From: Marsupella aquatica
Lineage: Eukaryota; Plantae; Marchantiophyta
Length of the DNA: 64,000 bases
Reading direction: 5' to 3'
NCBI GenBank assembly: GCA_973895155.1
Contig: OZ316892.1
Location: 12,836,238 to 12,900,237, forward strand
Positions within the stretch are counted from its first letter, which is position 1. Every line of letters starts with the position of its first letter. Of the stretch, positions 39,209-50,289 are shown one piece after another. Position numbers and translations under genes: made by a program. Under the pieces are notes generated by a model. The model searched no databases. It worked only from the letters and a program-made list of their open reading frames with translations, and was not told the DNA's origin.

Positions 39209-41517
39209 GAAGCTGAATGACAAGGATAGTCTCTGCCACCAACTCTTCGCTGATGATACTGGGCTTTTCTTGGAGGCGTCAGCTGATGAGTTCAACTGTG
39301 CCAGGGCTACTGTCCAGAAATACGAAGACATCTTTGGGGCCCTGTTGAATGTACAAAAGTCTAAGATCATACCAGTGCATCTAGCTGAGGGGACCTACCC
39401 GGACTGGCTTGCTCAGACTTGCTGCCAGATTGCTAAGGTGGGGGAGGTTAATGAGTATCTAGGATGTCCTATTGGATACAAACTTTGTCCTACACAGGAG
39501 GCAACCTTTCTTTTGGACAGGCTGAGGAAACGGCTAAACCATTGGTCCAATCGCAGCCTTACCATGGCTGGGCGTTCCATACTTTTGCGCCATGTGCTTA
39601 GGGCGGTACCTACTTACCAGCTGATGATCTTAGGGCTCCACCACACTGGCTTTAACGACATGGAGAAGATCTGCCGACGGTTTTTCTGGGGCCGTAACCA
39701 ACAGGGAGGCAACAAGAAGGCCCTCATAGCATGGAAAGATATTGCCAGGCCTAAGTTGGATGGGGGATTGGGCATTCTCCCTTTTGCTGACCAGGCCACC
39801 ACGCTGAAGATGCAACATGCTGTCAAGCTCCTGTGCGATGAACCTAAGGAGTGGATAACTATGGCAAATGTGATTATTAAGTGCTCTCTAAGACGTGGGC
39901 CACACAAGAAGGAGAGGCGTAGGTGGTCACCATCGCAAGCGATGCTCCTCTCACCCCACATACACATCCAGGGTTCCCCAACGTTGAAGGGCTTGTTGGG
40001 GGGCTGGATGGAGAAACGGAAACACCTGCATTTTACCTTTGGAACTGGCTCCCTTCCCGGCAAGCTCACCATGGAGCAAACTGTGCTCCTGTATGAGAGG
40101 ACTCAGCAGACAACGACTCAAAACCAATTGAATCTGAGAAGATATCTTGCAAATCGGGGGATCTGAACCATTGCTGACCTTCAAGACCAGGATCACCAGT
40201 GGCTGCAAGTTGAGGAGCTTAGCTGTCGGCTTAGATCTCATAGGCAAGTGGATTTCTCGGAATTCCAGGCTTTCCACTCCCTCCTTATTAAACAGGATGA
40301 CACTATTGATGAACAACTATTTCAGAGCACCGGTTGGAAATGGAACTGGACCGGCAGAAATAGGGGATGGAAATTCTCGAATCGTGTTTAGGTGAAGTGC
40401 TCCATCCCTGTTCAATATGACACTACCAAGCTGAATCGCAGATGGGGTCAACTGGGGACCGATGTTTCCTGGCAAAAAAGATGGCAACAGTTGTGGGGAG
40501 GTTGGTCCCTGCCCAGAGTCCGTTTTTTTATCTGGCGACTACTCCAACATGGGTTCTTCACTAATGGTAGGGCCAGTAAGTGGAAGGTGAGTGCAGGCAT
40601 GTGTGAGAGGTCTCACCTCCAGTTTGAACATACCGAACATCTGTTTTTTGAATGTCGCAGAGTACAGGCTCTCTGGCAGGATTTGCAATCTCTCCTGCAG
40701 CACTCCCGGGCACTTACTTTGAAGCATGGGTCATTGTATGATTCCATCCATGGGGCTATCCGTGTTCAGAAAAGGAAGCCTGCCCCTGTGATCCTTCTCT
40801 CTGAATTGTGTCGTAATATTTGGAATGAGAGGAATGCAGCCACTTGTGCTCATTTTTTGGGGCGCATTCCCGGATGGGTGATCCTGCGACAGACGGAGAC
40901 CCATCTTAACTCCATGAGAGACATTTGTACGTCCGTAAAGAAGGCACGGCAACTTCAGACGGCCATTAACGAGATCCATGCAATACTACAACCCTGGGCT
41001 AACAATGAGATCCCCCAGACTCTTAACATTGATCTGAATGATGATAGTTGATTCCTTGTGCTTTGGATGTACCTAGGCTCAAGCTGAGCTTTTTACCCTG
41101 TCGGGTACTCACCTTTGGCTTACTGCTTTGGATAGGAGTTGGGACAGTTGTAGGTGCGTGAATGGTGGTTCCGGTGTTTTCCACTGTATTGAGGGTACGT
41201 GGACTCTGACTGGGAGATGGCAGGGCAGTAACCTGCCCTTGACTTACAAAGTGTACTCTCCCGATAGGCAGGCTTCTTACCCTTGCAGAAGTTGGTTTCA
41301 TGAGTATATGAGTTGGAGTGATAGATACTTTAGATCCGGGCTGATGGAAGATGCCATTTTCTCGTGGCTGTTCTGGCCCCCTTGGCCTGATTAGGGTCTC
41401 TGGTGTGCTCTGGGGGCTCGTGGTTCCCGGGTTTCGGTGCTTGGGTGGTGTTTGCCTCCTTGCTGTTGTTCGGGCTTGCCCCTCCTTTTGGGGTCCTTTG
41501 GAAAAGAAGAAGAAGAA
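39209..41517 (+). mobile_element. 5'-truncated L1-like LINE (end of RT plus zf-RVT-like region) with (GAA)n tail
   Basis: RT motifs HQLFADD and EYLGCPIG; ALIAWKDIARPKLDGGLG; zf-RVT-like RVRFFIWRLLQHG...EHLFFEC. In-frame stops at 40164-40166 and ~40390. Tail gaaaagaagaagaagaa at 41501-41517. TSD GATAAACT at 39201-39208 and 41518-41525. Confidence 0.9.
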
Positions 41518-41532
41518 GATAAACTAGTAATA

Positions 41533-42600
41533 CTTATATTACTCACCAAAACTAATTTAACTGTCAAGTTCATCCCCACAATTGTACATGGGGTTACAGC
41601 AACCTCAAGAGGTAATCTAAGGTTGGATTCCCAGTTGGATTTTATTGGTCCAATGCCACCTGCAAGGTGCTACTAGCCCAGTGCTATCCTCGCCAAAAGC
41701 ATCATATGTCAAGCTGCTCTCCGCCCCCACAATGAACTGGATCATTGAGTCCTTGCAGGTCCAACGATCCTTGATATTCACCATGCCATCCTGGCGGCTG
41801 CATGCAACCTGCATATCCGCATACTCGGTTCAGACATGGGCCGTCAAGCACGGAAGGGCGGGCTTCAGGCCTGCAAAGCCTTGACATAGGCGCTATTGAT
41901 GGGGGTAATGTAGGGCCAACAGTGCCATGCCATGTGACATTGGACCAATAAGGACAACCCTAGGTTACCTTCTGAGTTTAGCGTAACCCATATACAAAAT
42001 GGGGATGCCATTGACAATTATTTTAGTTTGGGAAGTGGATAGTAAATCCGGTCACTTTGGGGGGCAGAGTAGTAAAGAGCTGTTTGCAAAAATTGCAAAA
42101 AATGGTCCTAAGTATATATTTATAATAGTTTAAAAATAATTTGCTACTAAAAATGTATTAATTGACAATACTATCACAATTTTTTGTGCATTTATAAGTA
42201 TTCTATTTTACTACCAATTTTTTTGTACTTATAAGCATGCAATTTATATCTGGATGACAAGTTCATAGAACTATATATGAAAACATGGTATATTGTAAAT
42301 ACACTAAAAATAATATAATCAAATGTTATAAATTAAAACATCTTGAGTGGTAAGGTCTTTAAAACTATCTTTGTACTTTTTAGATTAAGAAGCCGTTGTT
42401 GGTAGAAAACTTTATGTTCAGAATACAGCAGTTGGAATCCTGTTGGTGTAAAAGGTCACGAGACTTCGATGTTTTTGTGAACTCGGTGTAGAGCACACGG
42501 CAGGAAATCGATACAGAGCATACAACACACGTCAATATATCACCATAGAGCACATGACAATAAATTTATATGGTGGACACAACAGTAAATTTAGCTGTGA
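41533..42600. mobile_element. Repeat unit copy 1: ~510-bp foldback (41533-42048) plus AT-rich flank
   Basis: Direct homology to 52032-53000. The arms caaaactaatttaactgtcaagttcatccccacaattgta and tacaaaatggggatgccattgacaattattttagtttg are imperfectly inverted. Confidence 0.7.
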
Positions 42601-42999
42601 TGAGGTTTGGATGGCAGCTTAAAAATATTTATTGATCTTCTATTCATTTGAGAAAATTCTGTCAAAGTCTTTATTTACAATAAAATACTTCAGTTTGCTG
42701 GAACAAAACAGTTCAAATTTTATGTTTAGAATTATTGGAATAAGAAGCCACACTTTAGTTTGTTATAGATGGTAAAGTCACAAGTGCCCTTATGTTACCA
42801 TTCTAGGGGACTCAATACAATTCCTTATAATTTAAAAAAAAAAATTTGTTCAAGGAGAAAGTTATGAAACCCCACAAAATGAGAATAGTTAGTCATAACA
42901 TTTGAACCCAAGATCTATGAGTCACTACACCACTGAGATGCCAAATAGCCATGCCTCTCTAGCCTCATAACATCCAATTAAAATATAAAAAAACACAAG

Positions 43000-45110
43000 A
43001 CAGGTTTGCAAATCTGCATTATTTAAATTCATTTCAAAAGATGATTTGTTTTGAGTTTGTGTTTTGAACAAAAAGAGCAAGGATCAATTTTCCAAAATTA
43101 TAGAAGCCACATGCGATCAAAAATAGATATTTTTGATGATAATTAGCTAAATTCTTAAAAGACATAGGTAAAAAATAAAGTGTTTTAATCTTAAATTTAT
43201 AAAAATTTCTAAATATATATCTTTATAAAATAATATATGTCATTAATATTAAAAATATAAAATATTTTCATAATATTTAATTTATAAAATAGTCCAAATG
43301 TTTATATTAGGCTATTTTATATTCACAATACCCTAAAGTTAATCCCTCCCAAATTATACCAAGTCAACCAGAGATATCACGACTTTATCCACTAATAGCA
43401 AATTGGAGTCTGATTTCTTGTTCCAAACATAGAGACCGTCCAAATCAATTTTTGCTAAATCAAATGAAAGTGTTCTTGTTCTAAACAAAGAATCTTACAA
43501 TGTTCTTATGAAATAAAGGTAATAAATGCAAATTTTTTTTAACCAACACAAATTGGAGGGCTCTTCTTGTTCTCAACATGGACTCACAATACCAATGTTT
43601 TTTTGAAATGAAGTTATTATAAATAGATGCAAATCACTTTTCTTATTAAGCAAATTGGAGGGCTCTTCCTCATGAGCTTCATTTTTGTAGTACTAAGTGA
43701 GATCATAGCCTAATATTAATAATTATATTTTATTATAAAATATATTTCAATATTAAATAAATATTTTACTCTATAAAAGTATATATTAGAGAATGGGAGT
43801 TTATAATATATTTTTTAATATTTTGAACTTTTAAAAATTTAGCTAATTTCCATCAAAAATACATATTTTGGATTGCACTTGTCTTACAATTTTTAAAGTT
43901 GACTGGCCAAGTTTAGAATAAGAACAACCCAGATTGCTTTGACAATATATGCAAAAGTGGTCCAAACTCTATGTTTAGAACAAGAAGGCACACCTCCAAT
44001 TGCTGTTGGTGGAGAAAGTGACAAGCATCCCAACATTTCAGGTCGACTGGGTACAATGCCTCATAACATTCTATAAAAATACAAAGAAACAAAAATACAG
44101 GAGGGGTTTATGGGGTTTGCATTATGCAAGTTTATTTCAAAATGTAGCTGGTCTTGAGTCAATGTTGAGAACAAGAAGAGCTCTCCGATTTGCTTGGTGA
44201 AAAAAAAGATTTGCATTTATTTAATTTCATTTTAGAGGGTCGTCGGTCATGGTCTATAGTTTAAACAAGAAGAGCTCTCTAATTTGAGTTGGTGCAAAAA
44301 CTGAGATTTGCATTTACAATCTACCATAGATAAGTGCAGTGTGTATAACTACATTCCTTGGGTAACAATAGGGTGATTGTGTAGTCCCTCAATAATACAG
44401 CAAATTTCTTAGCAAATGCACCCAAAAATGCAGAGTATGTGAGTCCTGGTCGAGTTGGTACAATGCCTCATAACTTTCTATAGAAATACAAAGAAAAAAT
44501 ACAGGAAGAACTTGTAGATTTTGCATTATTGAAGTTCATTACAAACTACAGTTGGTCATGAATCTATGTTTAGAGCAAGGAGAGCCCTCCACTTTGCTTG
44601 TTGAATTTTTTTGGCATTATTTAACTTCATTTCAGAAGATGATTGGTCATGAGTTTATGTTTAGAACAATAAAACCCCTCTATTTTGCGTTGGTGGTAAA
44701 TTAGGATTTGCATTTATTGATCTTCATTTCAGAATATCTTTGTCAAAGGGTCTGTTTAGAACAAGAACACTCTAGCTTGCTTTGGCAAAAAATGCAAAAA
44801 ATGGTATGGATTCTATATTCTGAATGCTCCAGTTTTGTTGTTAGTCAAAAAGATGAGGAGTGTGGTTTCTGGTTGACTCACTACAATACCTCATAATATT
44901 CACTGATTTGCATTATTCAACTTCATTTAAAAAGGTCATTGTTCTAGAGTCTATGCTTTAAACAAGAAGAACCTCCAATTTTCTTGGTAAAAAGAAAGGC
45001 ATTTATTTAAATTCATTTTTGATCATTCTTGGTCATGAGTCTATGTTTGGAGTCTATTTTGGTGAAAAAGCAAGGATTTGCATTTACTTATTTTCATTTC
45101 ATAAGATCTT
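43000..45110. repeat. Array of ~90-bp AT-rich motifs in both orientations (TE-derived)
   Basis: The motif gatttgcattta..ttaacttcatttca..ggtcatgagtctatgtttagaacaagaagagccctcca is repeated many times on + (43900-45110) and inverted at 43400-43680. 43100-43160 is inverted at 43836-43885. Confidence 0.7.
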
Positions 45111-45621
45111 GGTTTTGTTAAGGATTGCTCTTAGTCTTGTGATTCAAAGGTTACGACACTTAGGCTAACCACAACTAGGGTCTTAACTGAGATTAGGTTA
45201 GTCGTGTGTGAGCTTGTATATACAAGGGCTAGTGTGAGCTGTTGGTGTGTGGTGCTTACTCATTGTAACGGAGCAACTTGAGGAAGAGGAAGAGCATGTG
45301 TGTTTGTCTACTCTTGAAGTAAAGCTTGAGTGTTTGTGTGGACGTAGCCTTAGAGAAGAGGTGTGTTGAGCATAGACGACGATCGCAACGGCAAGCCCAT
45401 GAACCATCCAACGCACAATAGTCGACACAAGAGATACGTGGTTCACCTCCTTGAGGCTACGTCCACAGGAACACACAAGAGAGCTTTACTGAACTCTAAG
45501 CCCGTCGGCTATACCGAGTCTCCACAGTGTAAGCTCTCCCTATCTCTCAAGTGGCTCCATAACAATGAGCCTTGGTTCTACCTCTCCAAGCACACATGCC
45601 TCTTATGATATAGTGTGCAAC

Positions 45622-45752
45622 TTAGTTGTACCTAACCACATAGTTGTACCTAATCACGTAGTTGTACCTAACCACATAGTTGTACCTAATCACGTAGTTG
45701 TACCTAACCACGTAGTTGTACCAACCCACGTTGTTGTACCAACCACACCATA
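45622..45752. repeat. 18-bp tandem repeat (~7 copies) within the LTR; duplicated at 51699-51829
   Basis: tagttgtacctaa(c/t)cac(a/g) is repeated in the U3-side half of the LTR. Confidence 0.9.
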
Positions 45753-45975
45753 CCTAACCTAGACGTAAGAGTAAATACCCAACAATCTTCCCCTTGACTC
45801 TGGTCTAGGGGAGAGTAATACTGCCAATGTATATGATCCCTCAGCGGGAAGTTCTGGACAGAAACCAAACCGGTTTCCCTCTCTAACTAGAGCAAACCAG
45901 AACTAAGCCGTAGCCTAATACATAGGAATGAGGAAGAGCATATATCAGTAATTACAATGAATGTTTAAGAAAACT

Positions 45976-48900
45976 CTACTTGTGATGCAATTGCAAAACC
46001 TGCAATACGTCACGGTGTCTAGAGAAACTCTCCAAAGGAATCACTTTGGTAAATGCGTCAGCCGGGTTGAGTTTACCATCAATCTTGACTAGCTCAAACA
46101 AATTATCAGACACAGCCTGCCTGATAAAATGGTACCTGACGTCAATGTGCTTCACTCTGCTGTCCATCACCTGGTTCACAGCAAGGTGGAGCGCACTTTG
46201 ACTATCACAATGGAGCTTCACATTCCCCTGTGGCAATCCCATTTCAGTGATAAGTCTATCCAACCAAATCGCTTCCTTTGCTGCTTCCGCAGCTGCAACA
46301 TACTCCGCTTCTGTAGTAGACTGAGCAATACACTTCTGCAAAGTAGACCTCCAACTTATGCATCCACCGCCAAGTGTGAACACGTATCCTGTTGTTGATC
46401 TCCTTCGGTCCAAATCTTGTCCATAGTCAGAATCTACATAGCCAATCAATGATCTAGCATTCTTTGCATTCGCATCAAATAAAAGACCATGATCCACGGT
46501 ACCCTTCAAGTACCTGATAATCCACTTCACTGCTTCCCAGTGTACCTTCCCTGGATTCGACATGTACCTGCTCACCTTGCCCATAGCCATGGCAAGATCA
46601 GGTCTAGTGCAAGTCATCAAATACATGAGACTCCCCACTGCCTTGTCATATGGAACCTTTGACATCAACCCCTTCTCTATGTCATCCGTAGGACAGAACG
46701 CTGATGATAACTTGAAGTGTGGAGCCAACGGGGTACTTACTGGCTTGCTATTCTCCATGTTGAACCTTGCAATTACCTTCCTCGCATAACTGCTCTGCGT
46801 CAACCATAGCTTGCCAGCCTCCAAGTCCCTAGTGATCTTCATACCCAAAATCCTCTTAGCTGGCCCTAAGTCCTTCATCTTAAACTCTGCACTAAGCAGT
46901 GCCTTGAGCTTAACAATCTCAGACCTATCCTTGGCTGCAATTAGCATGTCATCCACATAAAGTACTAAAACAATGAACCCAAAGACAACATTCTTCACCG
47001 GTTTCAAATACACACAAGGGTCAAATACACTTCTGTGAAAACCTTGTGACCGAATCCAATCGTCAAACCGCTTGTTCCACTGTCTTGGTGACTGCTTTAA
47101 CCCATACAAGGATTTCAGCAATCTGCAAACCAATTCCTCCTGTCCTCTCTTCACAAAACCTAGCGGTTGTCTCATGAAGATCACCTCTTCCAATGTGCCA
47201 TAGAGGAAAGCTGTGACAACATCCATCTGATCTAGGAGCAGACCAAACATTACAACAAGTACACACAATAGTCGTATTGTAGAGTACTTAGCAACTGGTG
47301 AGAAGACCTCATTGTAATCCACACCTTTCTCTTGTGTGAATCCCTTTGCTACCAATCTAGCCTTGTAGACCTTCGATCCACCTCCTATGGAATTATCCTT
47401 CAGCTTGTAAATCCACTTGCTGTCCACCACTTGCTGACCCTTAGGCAGCTTAACAAGCTCCCAAGTTTTGTTGTCCTTTAGTGACTGCATCTCCGTTTGC
47501 ATTGCTGCAGTCCACTTCTGCTTCTCTTTTGAAGCACTTGCCTCATGAAATGAAGAAGGTTCTCCTTCTTCCAAAATTAACGCATCACCCTCATCATCAG
47601 CTGTAAAATCATCCTCTTGCAGTTGAGATGAATCAACCCACTGTCCATACCTTGATGGAGCGCGTACAGTGCGACCAGATGTTTTTCTAGCCGATGACTC
47701 CGGTTGATCTGCGTGTGCTGGTACAATTTGAAGCTCAACAGCATCCACTTGTTGCTCACCAGCATCAACAAACTCCTCTGGTTCCTCTGGCATAGGAACC
47801 AGCTCCATAATTGGAGCAACTCCTTCTCTCCGGTCATGCACCTCATAACCAATCTCCCCCTCAACGAGATCCGGGATAGGAGATTTTCCTTTGTCAGTAC
47901 GGGAGACCTGAGTATTCTCCCCCTCCTTCAATAATCTGGATTCATTGAAGGAAACATCCCTACTAACAACGAGCTTACAGGCAATAGGATCCCATAGCCT
48001 ATAGGCTTTCACACCACTCTGGTACCCAAGAAAAACACATTTCCTGGAGGTAGGATCCAACTTGGTCCTATTCTGCTTTGGTGTGAGAGCATATGCATCA
48101 CTTCCAAAAACTACCAAGCCATGATAGTCTGCTTGCCGCTTATAGCGCATCTCAAACGGCGTTTTGAAATTGATAGCACTAGAAGGAGAAAGATTTACCA
48201 AATAAGCTGCGATATTGACAGCTTCTGCCCAAAATTCTTGTGGTAAACCTGATTGGCTCAACATACTCCGTGACCGCTCCAATAGTGTCCGATTGAGCCT
48301 CTCAGCGACACCATTCTGCTGCGGAGTATAAACTGTGGTGAGATGGCGAGTTATCCCCTGTTCTGAACAGTACTCTTCAAATTCCATTGAAGTGTACTCC
48401 CCGCCGTTGTCTGACCTCAGACTCTTCACCCTTGTATCCAAACACTTGATCGTGTTTCCAGTCTGATTCTCCACCTGGGCCTTCCACTTCTTAAAAATGG
48501 ACAAGACATCAGACTTATGCGTCATGAAATAAATCCACACAAATCTTGAGTAATCATCAATAAATGATACATAGTACAACTTTCTAGAGTGTGAGGGAGT
48601 CGGGGATGGACCCCACACGTCACTATGTATGTACTCAAGAATCGCTTTGGAACGATGAGTTCCAACACCAAAAGCACGACGATGCTGCTTTCCAAGAATG
48701 CAATGCTCACAAAACTTTAATTTACAAGATTGCAAATCAGAAATGAGTCCATTCTTCCGTAAGATAGCCAAACCCTTCTCACTCATGTGGCCTAGCCGTG
48801 AATGCCACAGTTGAGTCATCTCCTCGTGAGACTTGGTTACATTGGCCTCTCCACATACAGTATTGCCTTGTAACACATACAAATTCTTTTGTCTACTCCC

Positions 48901-49248
48901 CTTCAAAATCACTGTCTCTCCCGACCTGACTTGAAGTTCACCATCAATAACGTTCCATTGATGACCATTTGAATCCAACACACCGAGTGAAATCAGATTC
49001 TTACGCATGCCAGGTACATACCTGACTCCGGATACTGTGCGCACAGCGCCATCAAACATTTGAATCTTCACAGACCCAATTCCCTCAATTTGACAGGAGT
49101 GATCATTTCCCATCAGAACTGAACCGTTTGAAACAGAGTAAGAATTGAAAAACTCACGAATGTAACAAATATGAAAAGAGCAAGCACAATCAAGAATCCA
49201 CACATCATCTGCTCTCCTAGATGACGTGCACAGGGCATACCCTCGGCT
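45976..49248 (-). CDS. pol: Copia Pol (protease-integrase-RT-RNase H), uninterrupted frame starting directly after the gag stop
   Basis: Motifs WILDCACSFHIC, LWHSRLGHMSEKG, HSDVWGP, RSDNGGEY, PQQNGVAER, YKARLVAKG, LYGLKQSPRQW, LYVDDMLI, STTEAEY and KHIDVRYHFIR. There is no ATG before the protease motif. Confidence 0.95.
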   Translation of the reverse strand, partial: SRGYALCTSSRRADDVWILDCACSFHICYIREFFNSYSVSNGSVLMGNDHSCQIEGIGSVKIQMFDGAVRTVSGVRYVPGMRKNLISLGVLDSNGHQWNVIDGELQVRSGETVILKGSRQKNLYVLQGNTVCGEANVTKSHEEMTQLWHSRLGHMSEKGLAILRKNGLISDLQSCKLKFCEHCILGKQHRRAFGVGTHRSKAILEYIHSDVWGPSPTPSHSRKLYYVSFIDDYSRFVWIYFMTHKSDVLSIFKKWKAQVENQTGNTIKCLDTRVKSLRSDNGGEYTSMEFEEYCSEQGITRHLTTVYTPQQNGVAERLNRTLLERSRSMLSQSGLPQEFWAEAVNIAAYLVNLSPSSAINFKTPFEMRYKRQADYHGLVVFGSDAYALTPKQNRTKLDPTSRKCVFLGYQSGVKAYRLWDPIACKLVVSRDVSFNESRLLKEGENTQVSRTDKGKSPIPDLVEGEIGYEVHDRREGVAPIMELVPMPEEPEEFVDAGEQQVDAVELQIVPAHADQPESSARKTSGRTVRAPSRYGQWVDSSQLQEDDFTADDEGDALILEEGEPSSFHEASASKEKQKWTAAMQTEMQSLKDNKTWELVKLPKGQQVVDSKWIYKLKDNSIGGGSKVYKARLVAKGFTQEKGVDYNEVFSPVAKYSTIRLLCVLVVMFGLLLDQMDVVTAFLYGTLEEVIFMRQPLGFVKRGQEELVCRLLKSLYGLKQSPRQWNKRFDDWIRSQGFHRSVFDPCVYLKPVKNVVFGFIVLVLYVDDMLIAAKDRSEIVKLKALLSAEFKMKDLGPAKRILGMKITRDLEAGKLWLTQSSYARKVIARFNMENSKPVSTPLAPHFKLSSAFCPTDDIEKGLMSKVPYDKAVGSLMYLMTCTRPDLAMAMGKVSRYMSNPGKVHWEAVKWIIRYLKGTVDHGLLFDANAKNARSLIGYVDSDYGQDLDRRRSTTGYVFTLGGGCISWRSTLQKCIAQSTTEAEYVAAAEAAKEAIWLDRLITEMGLPQGNVKLHCDSQSALHLAVNQVMDSRVKHIDVRYHFIRQAVSDNLFELVKIDGKLNPADAFTKVIPLESFSRHRDVLQVLQLHHK

Positions 49249-50289
49249 TCATAAAACATACTCATCATTGAGTAAATCAGCTTCTCCATCAGCCCTAGCC
49301 ACATTTGCCGATGAAGTTTCCGCTGCCTTTCCCTTACAGTCTTGCTTGAAGTGTCCAACTTGGTTGCACTTCCAACATGTCACCTGCCTCCTCTGAGGGG
49401 ATTTACCCTTGGACTTAGATCTGGATTTAGATCTAAACTGGGTTCTACGGTCCCCAGTTGGTCGCTGCATACTCCTCCCACGGTTAACATTGAGGGCAGC
49501 ACCAGATGATGAAGGCTGTGACGTGATGTGCATCTTCTGCTGAAGATCATCACTAAGCAGAGAACTTACCACGTCATTGTATGAAATGGTATCCCTATCA
49601 CGATGCAACAACACTCGTGATAGGGACTGGTAAGATGGAGGCAATGAACTAAGAAGCTGCAGAGCCTTCGTCTCATTATTCAAAGTCTCCCCAAGGTTTT
49701 CCAAGTCAACGACCATGTCGTTGAAAGCATCCACATGGTCTTGCAACTTCGTACCAGATTCCTTCATCCTGAAACTCATCAGTTTGTAGGAAGTGTAGAG
49801 CCGGTTCGACAACTCCTTGCGGTGATACTTGCTCTGCAATTCCGCAAACAAGGACATGCAATCCTTATGTGCACCTAACTGCTTGATGATGGGAGGCATG
49901 AGATAGAGTGTAACACACCACACTCCCTGCTCCTGCATGCGGTCCCATTGTTTCTCATCAACATCGTCTTCACGAGTGCTCAGCAGTTGGCCCATCCCTG
50001 ACGCATAGAGCACTCCCTTCACCTGCTTCTCCCATAGCAAGTAGTCAGAGCGCCCATCATACTTTGTCACTTCATACTTGGGTCCCCCAAGCTTGAAAGT
50101 CCCCATCTTCTTCTTTGGCACTACCGTGAGCTCCGGTAGTAGTACTGCTTCCTCCACCACACGCCGCACCGGTGATGGTATCGGTGTCACGTGCTCTTCC
50201 TCCTGCTCCTCTCTCTGCCCCTGAAACCGCCGCGGTGATCCTCGTGCTTCAAGTTCCACGTCTTCGAAAAATTCCTCCGAATCACTCAT
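49249..50289 (-). CDS. gag: Copia Gag (capsid region plus CCHC nucleocapsid), 346 aa
   Basis: Motifs KYDGRSDYLLWEKQV, LLSSLPPSY, RGRS...RSKSRSKSK and CWKCNQVGHFKQDC. Ends at TGA 49251-49249. Confidence 0.93.
   Translation of the reverse strand: MSDSEEFFEDVELEARGSPRRFQGQREEQEEEHVTPIPSPVRRVVEEAVLLPELTVVPKKKMGTFKLGGPKYEVTKYDGRSDYLLWEKQVKGVLYASGMGQLLSTREDDVDEKQWDRMQEQGVWCVTLYLMPPIIKQLGAHKDCMSLFAELQSKYHRKELSNRLYTSYKLMSFRMKESGTKLQDHVDAFNDMVVDLENLGETLNNETKALQLLSSLPPSYQSLSRVLLHRDRDTISYNDVVSSLLSDDLQQKMHITSQPSSSGAALNVNRGRSMQRPTGDRRTQFRSKSRSKSKGKSPQRRQVTCWKCNQVGHFKQDCKGKAAETSSANVARADGEADLLNDEYVL

Noticed and set aside
45565-45762. ORF with VVPNH repeats (also 51642-51839)
   Set aside because: It is simply the translation of the 18-bp LTR tandem repeat.
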